Source of the DNA: Candidatus Bathyarchaeota archaeon | GTDB taxonomy: Archaea > Thermoproteota > Bathyarchaeia > Bathyarchaeales > Bathycorpusculaceae | Length of the DNA stretch: 43,116 bases | Assembly: GCA_963777155.1 (NCBI GenBank) | Contig: CAVZPM010000003.1 | Coordinates: 1 to 43,116, forward strand | Direction of reading: 5' to 3' | Shown here: in pieces, positions 20,748 through 29,534 of the stretch | How the letters are laid out: each line of letters begins with the position of its first letter | Numbering within the stretch: the first letter of the stretch is position 1 | Notes under the pieces: generated by a model | Told to the model about the DNA's origin: nothing | Database searches by the model: none | What the model saw: only the letters and a program-made list of their open reading frames with translations | Made by a program: the position numbers and the translations under genes

Positions 20748-21907
20748 TGAAGCAACTGAGCAAAATCGCTGCTGCCACATTTTTACTCATAATAACTCTT
20801 TTGCTCTCAATTGCGAGTTATTCGGTTCAAGCATTGGAAGCAGTCGCGACGATTTCCTTGCCGCATTCAGGCGGCTGTTATGGCTTAGCGTATGATTCCC
20901 ACTTAGGAGAGGTATTTGTAGCTAATGGGGATACCGACTCGATCTATGTAATCTCAGACAGTACTAATACCGTAGTAGCGACCGTACCTGTGGGGAGAGT
21001 TCCTTATGGCGCGGCTTATGATTCGGGTGTAGGCGAAGTTTTTGTGGCTAACCATGGTGCCGATTCAGTCTCAGTGATATCTGACAGCAATAATACAGTA
21101 GTTGCAACGATAACAGTTGGAAGCGCTCCATCAGCTGTTGCTTATGATTCGGGCAAAGATGAGGTATTCGTAGCCAACTACAATTCCAGCTCTGTTTCAG
21201 TCATAGCAGATAATAACAATACTGTTATCGCGAACATAATTGTTGGAAGCCAACCGTGTGCATTAGCTTACGATTCGGCAAAAAACGAGGTATTCGTTGG
21301 CCACGCCGGCTGCAATCAGGTCTTAGCAATATCCGATAGCGGAAACGCCGTCGTAGCAAACATAACGGTTGAAAATCAACCCTTAAGCTTAGCCTATGAT
21401 TCAGGCTTGGGTGAAATCTTTGTTGCCAGCTATAACTCCAGTTCGGTCTCGGTTATTTCTGACAGCACAAACCAGATTGTTGCAACCATAGAAGTAGGAC
21501 CCAGTCCCAACGGCGTCGCATATGACCCAGGCACAGGCAGAATCTTCGTATCGAACTATAATTCAACTTCACTCTCAGTAATCGCAGACGCCAACAACAC
21601 AGTAATTATGAACGTACCTCTTGAAAAGCAGCCCCAGGGGATTGCGTTTGACTCTGGCAAAGGTGAGTTGTTTATTACCTATTCCGAAAGCAACAAAGTT
21701 TCGGTTATAGCAGATTCTGTTGCCATGTCGCAGGGGGAGACTAGGCAGGTTCTGCCTGAATTTACCGCTCTGGTACTCATTTTGCTGGTTACTGCAGCAG
21801 GGTTTCTTGTGGTAAATTTGGTTCATATGAAATCTAAACGACGGGGTAAACCGCCAAAACTCTCATGGTGTTCCGAATTGGATGGCTATTTACACAAAAA
21901 ATATTAA
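20747..21907 (+). CDS. YVTN/YncE-type beta-propeller surface protein with PEF-CTERM-like sorting signal
   Basis: Signal peptide; seven ~42-aa repeats AYDSGxGEVFVANxxSxSVSVISDSNNTVVATIxVG; C-terminal LPEF + TM + KSKRRGK. Confidence 0.88.
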   Translation: MKQLSKIAAATFLLIITLLLSIASYSVQALEAVATISLPHSGGCYGLAYDSHLGEVFVANGDTDSIYVISDSTNTVVATVPVGRVPYGAAYDSGVGEVFVANHGADSVSVISDSNNTVVATITVGSAPSAVAYDSGKDEVFVANYNSSSVSVIADNNNTVIANIIVGSQPCALAYDSAKNEVFVGHAGCNQVLAISDSGNAVVANITVENQPLSLAYDSGLGEIFVASYNSSSVSVISDSTNQIVATIEVGPSPNGVAYDPGTGRIFVSNYNSTSLSVIADANNTVIMNVPLEKQPQGIAFDSGKGELFITYSESNKVSVIADSVAMSQGETRQVLPEFTALVLILLVTAAGFLVVNLVHMKSKRRGKPPKLSWCSELDGYLHKKY

Positions 21908-21946
21908 CTTCGGGATGCCTTCTCGATTGCATTAAGGTAACCTACT

Positions 21947-23449
21947 TTGTCTAACCAAGCTAAGACTCGGACAGTCGAAGAGATTAACCAGAAAATCCGT
22001 AAAGGCGACGCTCAAGTTTTAACCGCTGAAGAGATGAAGAAGTTGGTGGAAAGCAGCGGCGTTGAAGTTGCCTTTAAAGAAGTTGATGTTGTTACGACAG
22101 GCACGTTTGGCGCGATGTGTTCTTCTGGTGCAGTTATTAACCTTGGGCATTCTGATCCGCCGATTAAGATTGAGAAGGCATGGATGAACGATGTGGAGGT
22201 TTGCCACCCAGGCGCAGCTGTGGACCTGTTTATTGGAGCCACGAACATGTCTGAGAAGTTGCCTTTCGAGTACGGCGGCGGACACGTTATTCAGGATTTG
22301 GTATCAGGAAACGAAGTTGAGCTAAGAGCTACAGCGTATGGAACTGACTGTTACCCGAGAACCTCGGTTAAAACAACCCTGACAAAGGACGATCTAAACC
22401 AGTTTTATCTGCTTAACTTCCGCAATTGCTACCAGCGCTATAACTGCGCGGTTAACAGCAGCGACGAAGTTATCTATACTTACATGAGCAAACTTTTACC
22501 CAGATTCCGAAATGCCACTTTTTCAGGCGCAGGCGAACTTAACCCGCTCATGAACGACCCAGACTACGAAACCATGGGCATGGGAACTCGCATATTCCTT
22601 GGTGGCGCACAAGGTTACATTATTGGCGAGGGAACACAGCATAGCCCTAAAAATCTCAATGGAACCCTGATGGTTAAGGGTGATGCCAAGAAGATGTCGC
22701 CTGAATTCCTACAGGGCGCCGCATTCACGGGCTATGGCACTTCCTTGTATGTTGGCTTAGGTGTTCCAATTCCTATTCTAAATGAAGGATTAGCAAAGAA
22801 AACCGCGATCCAAGACAAAGACATTTTGACCGACATCGTCGACTACAGCGTACCACGCCGCGACCGTCCCAAATTCGGACAAGTTAACTACAAAGAATTG
22901 AAATCGGGCTCAATAACCGTCAACGGCAAAAAAGTCCGAGTAAGCTCGCTCTCAAGCCTCAAGATGGCAAAGAAAGTTTCCCAGACGCTGAAATCATGGA
23001 TTGACGAGGGCAGATTCTTCTTAACTGCACCTGTTGAGCGTTTGCCAACAAACACGGTTTTTAAGGCCATGAGGCAAACAGAGGAAATTCCCTTCGTTGT
23101 CAGCGTAATGCATCCAGCAGTCACGTGTACCGAGGATGAGGAGATACAAGCTATTGCAAAACGCATCGTGACCAGATCTGTCAACCACATCGTTGTGGTG
23201 AATGAAGCTGGCAAACTACTGGGTATAGTGACTTCTTGGGATGTTACAAGGGCGATGGCTGAGGGCAAAACAGCGCTAGCAGATATAGAATCCCACAATG
23301 TAGTTACCGCTAAACCTGATGAACCACTTGAGATTGCATCTAAACGCATGGCACAAAACAACATTTCAGCCTTACCCGTGATTGATATTGAACGAAAAGT
23401 GCTTGGCATTGTCACTTCAGAAGATGTTTCCAGATTGTTAGGACGGTAA
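21947..23449 (+). CDS. L-aspartate semialdehyde sulfurtransferase (MA1821/DUF39 family, homocysteine biosynthesis) with CBS pair
   Basis: VDVVTTGTFGAMCSSGA, YGGGHVI, GTDCYPR, GEGTQH, two C-terminal CBS domains. Confidence 0.92.
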   Translation: MSNQAKTRTVEEINQKIRKGDAQVLTAEEMKKLVESSGVEVAFKEVDVVTTGTFGAMCSSGAVINLGHSDPPIKIEKAWMNDVEVCHPGAAVDLFIGATNMSEKLPFEYGGGHVIQDLVSGNEVELRATAYGTDCYPRTSVKTTLTKDDLNQFYLLNFRNCYQRYNCAVNSSDEVIYTYMSKLLPRFRNATFSGAGELNPLMNDPDYETMGMGTRIFLGGAQGYIIGEGTQHSPKNLNGTLMVKGDAKKMSPEFLQGAAFTGYGTSLYVGLGVPIPILNEGLAKKTAIQDKDILTDIVDYSVPRRDRPKFGQVNYKELKSGSITVNGKKVRVSSLSSLKMAKKVSQTLKSWIDEGRFFLTAPVERLPTNTVFKAMRQTEEIPFVVSVMHPAVTCTEDEEIQAIAKRIVTRSVNHIVVVNEAGKLLGIVTSWDVTRAMAEGKTALADIESHNVVTAKPDEPLEIASKRMAQNNISALPVIDIERKVLGIVTSEDVSRLLGR

Positions 23450-23453
23450 TTCT

Positions 23454-23888
23454 ATGGGAAGAATTCTAATAAGATTCGACGAAGATCAAATAAAAGAGCC
23501 AATAGCTTCGCAAATCATCATCGAATACAAAGTACCGATGGGAATCTTGTCTGCGCACATTAACTCGAAGGGCGGAGAAATTCTTGCTGAAGTCCCAGAT
23601 GACATACTGGAAAAAGTCGTGAACGCTTTCCGCCAACGAGGCGTCTCGGTAACCGTACCTAAATTAATCGAGGTAGACAATGACAAATGCTTCAGTTGCG
23701 GCAGCTGCATTGCACTTTGCCCAGTGGAAGCCATTGGCTTAGCAAATGACTCCTCGGTGCAGTTTGATAAGGAGAAGTGCGTTGGCAGTACCTGCAGTAT
23801 CTGTGTGGACGCGTGTCCTGCCCGTGCAATCAAATCCATCAAACAAAACAGTCTTGAGAACCCAGTTAACAGGAAAAAGAAAAGTTGA
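23454..23888 (+). CDS. NIL domain + 2x[4Fe-4S] ferredoxin (MA1822-like partner)
   Basis: CFSCGSCIALCP and CVGSTCSICVDACP motifs; directly follows the DUF39 gene. Confidence 0.88.
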   Translation: MGRILIRFDEDQIKEPIASQIIIEYKVPMGILSAHINSKGGEILAEVPDDILEKVVNAFRQRGVSVTVPKLIEVDNDKCFSCGSCIALCPVEAIGLANDSSVQFDKEKCVGSTCSICVDACPARAIKSIKQNSLENPVNRKKKS

Positions 23889-24589
23889 CCCGGGAACTTT
23901 TCAAAGAACACTTTACCCACAAAGAATCTCAGTGCACAATAATTTCTGACCAGCAAGACGCCGTACAAGCCGCTAAAGAATCCATCCAACGCAACTACCT
24001 AGAGCTTGAATTCTACGTACGCGTCAATCCCAAGTTTCTATATACATTAATGCCTGTTCCAGCGCCTGAAAAGCCACTTGTTGCGCGGTTGATGGCTGAA
24101 GCTGCACTGAAGGCGGATGTTGGTCCAATGGCAGCAGTTGCTGGTGCGATAGCTGATTTGGCTATAGAAGATATGCTTCGTTTGGGCTGCGAGGTGGCGG
24201 TTGTGGAGGACGGTGGCGAAATATCTGCAAAATCGAACCAGCCTATTGATGCGGCAGTGGCGGCAGGAGATGAACCTCTCTCTAGACGCTTCGGTTTTCG
24301 ATTGGCAGAGTTCCCAATAGGTGTTGCTACAAGCTCGGGACGTTTTAGTCATGCGCTAAGCTTTGGAGATGCGGAGGCTGCAGTTGTTTTCTGCAAGAAC
24401 GCTACTTTAGCAGATGCGGCGGCAACGGCAGTTGGTAATGTGGTTAAAGGTGAAGATGGTCAAGCTGGAATTCAAGCGGGAATCAGCAGGGGATTGTCGA
24501 TTGATGGCGTTGAAGGTGTGCTTATACTTTATAAGGGGCAGGTTGGCACATCTGGGAAAATTCCACAGATAATCAGGGTAGAACCCTGA
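23885..24589 (+). CDS. UPF0280 / ApbE-like protein (COG2122, MA1715-like)
   Basis: VGPMAAVAGAIA, VEDGGEI, ATSSG..SHALSFG, LADAAATAVGN. Confidence 0.88.
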   Translation: MTRELFKEHFTHKESQCTIISDQQDAVQAAKESIQRNYLELEFYVRVNPKFLYTLMPVPAPEKPLVARLMAEAALKADVGPMAAVAGAIADLAIEDMLRLGCEVAVVEDGGEISAKSNQPIDAAVAAGDEPLSRRFGFRLAEFPIGVATSSGRFSHALSFGDAEAAVVFCKNATLADAAATAVGNVVKGEDGQAGIQAGISRGLSIDGVEGVLILYKGQVGTSGKIPQIIRVEP

Positions 24590-24710
24590 AGATATATGGC
24601 GACCGCTTTACAATTCTGGTTAGGTATCCTATTTGGCTCTAAATTTGCCTCCAAATCGACAAACAAGGTACGCAAGATAGTTAGAACCTAGTTGAACTGT
24701 AGCCTGAATC

Positions 24711-24727
24711 CGAAACGCTTATATTTT
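24711..24727 (+). promoter_or_regulatory. Archaeal BRE + TATA box of the aromatic operon
   Basis: CGAAACGC-TTATATTTT, with the TATA box starting 45 nt upstream of the leader ATG at 24764. Confidence 0.6.
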
Positions 24728-24763
24728 CAGTGACATGAAACATTCAACAGGTTTCGAAGCACA

Positions 24764-24850
24764 ATGTTCAATGCAGAAAAAATAGCCATAGGCAATGTAG
24801 CGCCGTTCCAGAGCTTCGACTACTACTTTTATTATTACTATTTTCCTTAA
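24764..24850 (+). CDS. Putative Tyr/Phe-rich leader peptide (28 aa, MFNAEKIAIGNVAPFQSFDYYFYYYYFP)
   Basis: Open frame from ATG 24764 to TAA 24850 with 6 Tyr and 5 Phe codons, eight of them consecutive (24821-24844), ending 59 nt before the first gene of the aromatic operon. Confidence 0.8.
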   Translation: MFNAEKIAIGNVAPFQSFDYYFYYYYFP

Positions 24851-24888
24851 GCCCAGGACTGAAAAAATTTTTAAGAAAAGTTCTGGGC
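24851..24888 (+). promoter_or_regulatory. 10-bp hairpin immediately after the leader stop codon
   Basis: GCCCAGGACT (24851-24860) pairs with AGTTCTGGGC (24879-24888) with one G-U pair; the 18-nt loop contains T5. Confidence 0.65.
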
Positions 24889-24909
24889 AAAACACGGGTG
24901 TAAAAACAA

Positions 24910-26169
24910 ATGGCAAAACTTACCTCTAACCAAACCATTGTCGTTAAATTTGGCGGTTCTAGCCTATCTGACCACGAGAGACTCTTAAAAGCCGTTATGG
25001 CAGTTGTGAACGAAGCCAAGAAAGGCACAAAAATCGCTGTAGTTGTCTCCGCCATGGGAAAAACAACCGATGTTCTCATGACGACGGCAAAGAACACCTC
25101 GAATGGAAAACTATCCAAACATGAGTTAGACGACATCCTTTCTATGGGTGAACGCACAAGCGTCCGCATCTTTGCCACCGCTCTTCGGAACAACGGCGTT
25201 GACGCGTGCTACTTCGACCCTATGGACAGTAAATGGCCAATCATAACTGACGACTTGTTCCAGAACGCTAACCCAATCGTCAAGGAATGTGAGAAAAACA
25301 TCAAGGAATACATTCTTCCACTCATCCAAAAAGGCACAATACCTGTAATCGCTGGTTTCGTGGGCAAAACCAAAGACGGCAAAATCACTACTTTGGGCAG
25401 AGGAGGAAGCGACACAACTGCATTCCTGCTGGCACAGGGAATAAACGCAAACCAAGTTGTCTTGGTAACTGACGCAAATGGCATAATGTCCAGCGACCCA
25501 AAAATCATCGCCTCACCTAAACTGCTCCCAACAATAGATGTAAACACACTCGTTGGCTTGGCGGATTCAGGTGCAAAATTCATACATAGCAAAGCCCTAA
25601 AATACAAACCAAAAGACATCGATGTTAAAGTCATCAGCAACGCTCATGGCGACTTAAGCCATGCTGGCACATTAATCACTGGTGGATTAGTCAGTGAACT
25701 CGATGCGGAAATCGCTCATCCAACCCCAGTAACAGAAATCACGGTAGTTGGAAACGGTATATCTGCAAATCCCGAGGTCATCACTGAGATGGTTGAGAAA
25801 GTTAAAGAAAACTCGCTTCTGCTTGGCATGTCCATGAATACTAACTCAATAATCCTTTATGTGCCCCAGGAGAAAAACATCGATGCCCTCTTCAACCAAA
25901 TCCACAATATAACTATTAGCAACAAAGAAACCATAGCTATGGCAGTCAAAAAAGACCTTGTCTTCATAAAAACCAGCGGTGTGGGCTTGGAGGAAACGCA
26001 TGGCATCATCGGAAAAATCAGCGAAGACCTAAGAGTCAACGGCATAAACATCTCAGGTATCCTGACCATCACTTCCAGCATTTTGCTGTTTGTAGATTGG
26101 AACGAGAAAGAGAAAGCATTAAAGTTAATTAAAAACTCACTCAACAACGTTAAGGTGGGAAAAGTATGA
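24910..26169 (+). CDS. Aspartate kinase, second divergent paralog heading the aromatic operon
   Basis: VVKFGGSSL, VVSAMGKTTD, SMGER, LGRGGSDTTA, two ACT-like domains; SD-like GGGTG at 24896-24900. Confidence 0.88.
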   Translation: MAKLTSNQTIVVKFGGSSLSDHERLLKAVMAVVNEAKKGTKIAVVVSAMGKTTDVLMTTAKNTSNGKLSKHELDDILSMGERTSVRIFATALRNNGVDACYFDPMDSKWPIITDDLFQNANPIVKECEKNIKEYILPLIQKGTIPVIAGFVGKTKDGKITTLGRGGSDTTAFLLAQGINANQVVLVTDANGIMSSDPKIIASPKLLPTIDVNTLVGLADSGAKFIHSKALKYKPKDIDVKVISNAHGDLSHAGTLITGGLVSELDAEIAHPTPVTEITVVGNGISANPEVITEMVEKVKENSLLLGMSMNTNSIILYVPQEKNIDALFNQIHNITISNKETIAMAVKKDLVFIKTSGVGLEETHGIIGKISEDLRVNGINISGILTITSSILLFVDWNEKEKALKLIKNSLNNVKVGKV

Positions 26170-26957
26170 ATGAAGGCAAAACACGCAGACTAAGAAGAAT
26201 CTTGCAGCAAGACAACCGCACAGTAATCGTGCCCATGGATCACGGTGTAACCGTGGGGCCAATCCAAGGCATAACCAACATGCAAACCATAACTGACCAG
26301 CTTGTCAAAGGTGGAGTTGACGCAATCCTTGTCCACAAAGGCATCGCCAAACGCGTCAATAATGGAAACACAGGATTAATCGTTATGTTGTCAGGCATGA
26401 CAAACCTTAGCCCCAACATAAACTCAAAAGTCCAAGTATGCAGCGTTCAGGAAGCCGTACGCATCGGAGCAGATGCGGTCTCAGTGCACGTGAACGTTGG
26501 TGCACAAGACGAGGACAAAATGCTCCAGACCTTGGGCAAAGTTGCTGAGGAATGTGAAGCCTTCGGCTTACCCCTCTTAGCAATGATGTACCCGCGTGGA
26601 CCAAAAATCCCAAACGAACACGCACCTGAAGTCGTAGCTCACGCCGCTAGAATCGGCGCAGAACTTGGCGCTGACATCATTAAAACAAACTACACAGGCA
26701 ACATCGAAACCTTCAAAGCAGTAATCGAAGGTTGCCCCGTCCCAGTTGTCATCGCGGGTGGACCAAAATGCAAATCTTTAGAAGAAGTGCTTCAAACCAC
26801 AAGTGACGCCCTGAAAGCAGGTGCAGCAGGACTTTCCATCGGGAGAAATGTGTTTCAATGTGACAGTCCAACACAAATTACAAAAGCGCTTTCCGCCATC
26901 GTGCATAAAGGTGCATCTGTCGAGCAGGCGCTTAAGATTCTCGGTGAAAAACGTTGA
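26166..26957 (+). CDS. aroA': 2-amino-3,7-dideoxy-D-threo-hept-6-ulosonate synthase (MJ0400 family)
   Basis: VPMDHG, LAMMYPRG, ELGADIIKTNY, VVIAGGPK, GRNVFQ; adjacent to DHQ synthase II. Confidence 0.9.
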   Translation: MNEGKTRRLRRILQQDNRTVIVPMDHGVTVGPIQGITNMQTITDQLVKGGVDAILVHKGIAKRVNNGNTGLIVMLSGMTNLSPNINSKVQVCSVQEAVRIGADAVSVHVNVGAQDEDKMLQTLGKVAEECEAFGLPLLAMMYPRGPKIPNEHAPEVVAHAARIGAELGADIIKTNYTGNIETFKAVIEGCPVPVVIAGGPKCKSLEEVLQTTSDALKAGAAGLSIGRNVFQCDSPTQITKALSAIVHKGASVEQALKILGEKR

Positions 26958-27994
26958 AAGAGCTCTGGCTTGAAATCCCCCAGGATGCTTCACTTCAGGA
27001 AAAGGAAGGTTTGCTTAGCCTTGCCCATGAAAACGTAGATGTTATTTTGGATAGTAACCAAGCCAGTAGCCGTCAAAGAAAAATTGAACTATTTTTTCTG
27101 ACGGATTTAAGCGAGAAAAAAATTGCTCAGATAAAAAAAGAGGGCAAAAAAACAGTTTTGAGAGTGTTAATCCAGGGTAAAGAAGACGAGAACAGGGCAG
27201 CTAAAGCCGCTGAACTTGGTGTAGACTACGTTATCATAAATTGTCAAGATTGGCGGGTAATTCCGCTTGAAAACCTGATAGCTAAGGGCAGGGGGAAAAG
27301 CACTTTAATCGCTGAAGTTTCCACTGCTGAGGATGCTAAGGTGGTTTTAGAAGCGCTTGAACTTGGCACAGACGGCGTTTTGCTAAAGACCTCAAACGCA
27401 AATGAGCTGGAAAAAACAATCAAAATTGTCAAGAATCAAATGCCAAAAATGGCTCTGATCTCAGCCAAAATCTTATCCATCAAACCCATTGGTTCAGGTG
27501 CACGAGTATGCGTTGACACTGTTGACTTGATGGTTCCGGGCGAAGGCATGCTTGTCGGATGCCAATCCGCAGGGTTCTTCCTTGTTGAAGCCGAGGTCAA
27601 CGAAAACCCCTATGTGCAATCCAGACCTTTCCGCGTGAACGCTGGACCAGCCTCCCACTACACCCTAACCTCTGTACAGGGCACACGGTACCTTTCAGAG
27701 TTGAAAGCTGGAGACGAAGTCTTAATCGTTAGCCGGGAAGGCAATGTCCGAATAACGAATCTAGGCAGATCCAAAATCGAGTTCCGTCCTCTAATCCTCA
27801 TCGAAGCGCAAGCAGACAACATCAAAATAAAAACTATTCTTCAAAACGCAGAAACCATCCGCCTAGTCACCCCCAAAGCTTCCAAACCAGTAACCGAACT
27901 AAAACCTGGTGACGAAGTTCTTGTGCATTTAGCGGCTAAGGGAGGAAGACACTTCGGTATATCTGTGCCTGAAGAAACGGTGATTGAAAAGTGA
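26954..27994 (+). CDS. aroB': 3-dehydroquinate synthase II (MJ1249 family)
   Basis: WRVIPLENLIA, RVCVDT, RPFRVNAG, LQNAETIRL, GRHFG. Confidence 0.93.
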   Translation: MKELWLEIPQDASLQEKEGLLSLAHENVDVILDSNQASSRQRKIELFFLTDLSEKKIAQIKKEGKKTVLRVLIQGKEDENRAAKAAELGVDYVIINCQDWRVIPLENLIAKGRGKSTLIAEVSTAEDAKVVLEALELGTDGVLLKTSNANELEKTIKIVKNQMPKMALISAKILSIKPIGSGARVCVDTVDLMVPGEGMLVGCQSAGFFLVEAEVNENPYVQSRPFRVNAGPASHYTLTSVQGTRYLSELKAGDEVLIVSREGNVRITNLGRSKIEFRPLILIEAQADNIKIKTILQNAETIRLVTPKASKPVTELKPGDEVLVHLAAKGGRHFGISVPEETVIEK

Positions 27995-28678
27995 CCTTGA
28001 GAATCTGTGTTTCTATTCTCCCAAAAAACAATACTGAAGCTATCGATCTTATTGAGAAGGCAGAGAACGCCAAAGCAGACCTAATCGAGGTAAGGCTTGA
28101 TTGTCTTGAGGAGTCACGGAACCTCAAAGACCTCGCCAAAAGCACAAAGCTACCTTTAATCGCCACAAACAAACTCAAAACTGAGCATGGGTTCTTTTCG
28201 GGAACAGAGACTGATCGTCAACGGACACTGCTAAACGCCGCCAAAAGCGGTTTCGAATATGTAGATGTTGACTTTTCAAGCTCAAAACGATCTGAAACAG
28301 TCGGCAAAATAAAAAACTTGAATGTGAAACCAATTATCTCATACCATAAATTCGACGGCGTCCTGACCGTTTCTGCAATGGAAAAAATATTGGACGAACA
28401 AATAGCCAGCGGAGCCAGCATCTGCAAAATCGTGCTCACCGCAAAACAAATCGAAGACAACCTACCTATCCTGAGCTTTGTTTCTTTTGCCTCAACCAAA
28501 GCCAAGCTGGTCTGCTTCTGCATGGGCGAACACGGCAAAACCTCAAGGCTCCTCTCACCAGCTTTTGGCGCATACTTCACCTTCGCCTCGCTTGAGCAAG
28601 GATAGTGAAACCGCCTCAGGACAGATGAATATAAGTGAAATGAGGACTGCTTACAGTCTATTGGGGATTAAGCATTGA
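27991..28678 (+). CDS. aroD: Type I 3-dehydroquinate dehydratase; +1 frameshift at ~28597-28601
   Basis: IEVRLD, IISYHKF, FCMGEHGKTSRL; the corrected C-terminus carries TASGQ (TAPGQ-like) and its stop overlaps the aroE start. Confidence 0.9.
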
Positions 28679-29532
28679 CTATAACGGGGAAGACGCGTGT
28701 TTGCGGAGTAATCGGTGAGCCTATAGAGCACACGCTGAGCCCCCTGATGCATAATGCGGCTTTCGAAGCCCTAAAACTTGATTATGTGTTCTTAGCGTTT
28801 AGAGTTAAACCTGCAGAAGTCGAGAGCGCGGTAAACGGTATGCGAGCGCTAAACATACGTGGCTTAAACATAACGATGCCGCATAAAAGTACAGTTATCA
28901 AACACCTTGACAGAGTAGATCTTTCAGCCCAAATCGTAAACTCTGTTAACACGGTTCTCAACAAGGAAAACCTACTGTTCGGTTTCAACACAGACGGCGT
29001 TGGCGCCCTTAAGGCACTTAAAGAAAACGGTGTCGAACTCAAGGGCAGAAAAGTTCTGTTGCTCGGCGCTGGAGGAGCGGCAAGAGCCATAGCTTACACG
29101 ATGGCTAAGGAAGCAGATGAACTAGCAGTTCTCAACCGAACTGTAAAACAAGCTCAAGCACTGGCGAAATTACTTGAAAAATCGTTTAACAAGAAAATAT
29201 CTACAGGTTCACTTTCGCCAACCGACATCCAGAGCAACCTCAAAGACTCAGACATACTCATCAACGCTACCTCAGTGGGTATGAAACCCAGAGCTGAAGA
29301 AAGTCCAGTCCCATTAAAATTGCTCCGCTCCAATCTAGCCGTGATGGATATAGTCTATAATCCGCTTGAAACCAAACTGGCCAAAGAGGCTAAGGCGGCA
29401 GGTGCCCGAGTGGTGAGTGGGGTTGAGATGTTGATTTATCAGGGAGCAGCTTCGTTTGAACTCTGGACAGGGAAATCAGCGCCAATTGAAGTTATGAGGC
29501 AGGCAGCGCTTAGCCACTTGCAGAAGGTGTAA
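28675..29532 (+). CDS. aroE: Shikimate dehydrogenase
   Basis: LSPLMHN, NITMPHK, NTDG, GAGGAARA, DIVYNPLET, MLIYQG. Confidence 0.95.
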   Translation: MTITGKTRVCGVIGEPIEHTLSPLMHNAAFEALKLDYVFLAFRVKPAEVESAVNGMRALNIRGLNITMPHKSTVIKHLDRVDLSAQIVNSVNTVLNKENLLFGFNTDGVGALKALKENGVELKGRKVLLLGAGGAARAIAYTMAKEADELAVLNRTVKQAQALAKLLEKSFNKKISTGSLSPTDIQSNLKDSDILINATSVGMKPRAEESPVPLKLLRSNLAVMDIVYNPLETKLAKEAKAAGARVVSGVEMLIYQGAASFELWTGKSAPIEVMRQAALSHLQKV

Positions 29533-29534
29533 AC

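Noticed and set aside
20820-21720. ~126-nt periodic repeats resembling an array
   Set aside because: These are degenerate protein-coding beta-propeller repeats, not CRISPR; there are no identical direct repeats or cas genes.
24735-24785. Alternative uORF MKHSTGFEAQCSMQKK
   Set aside because: Starts too close to the TATA box to be within the transcript and has no aromatic run.
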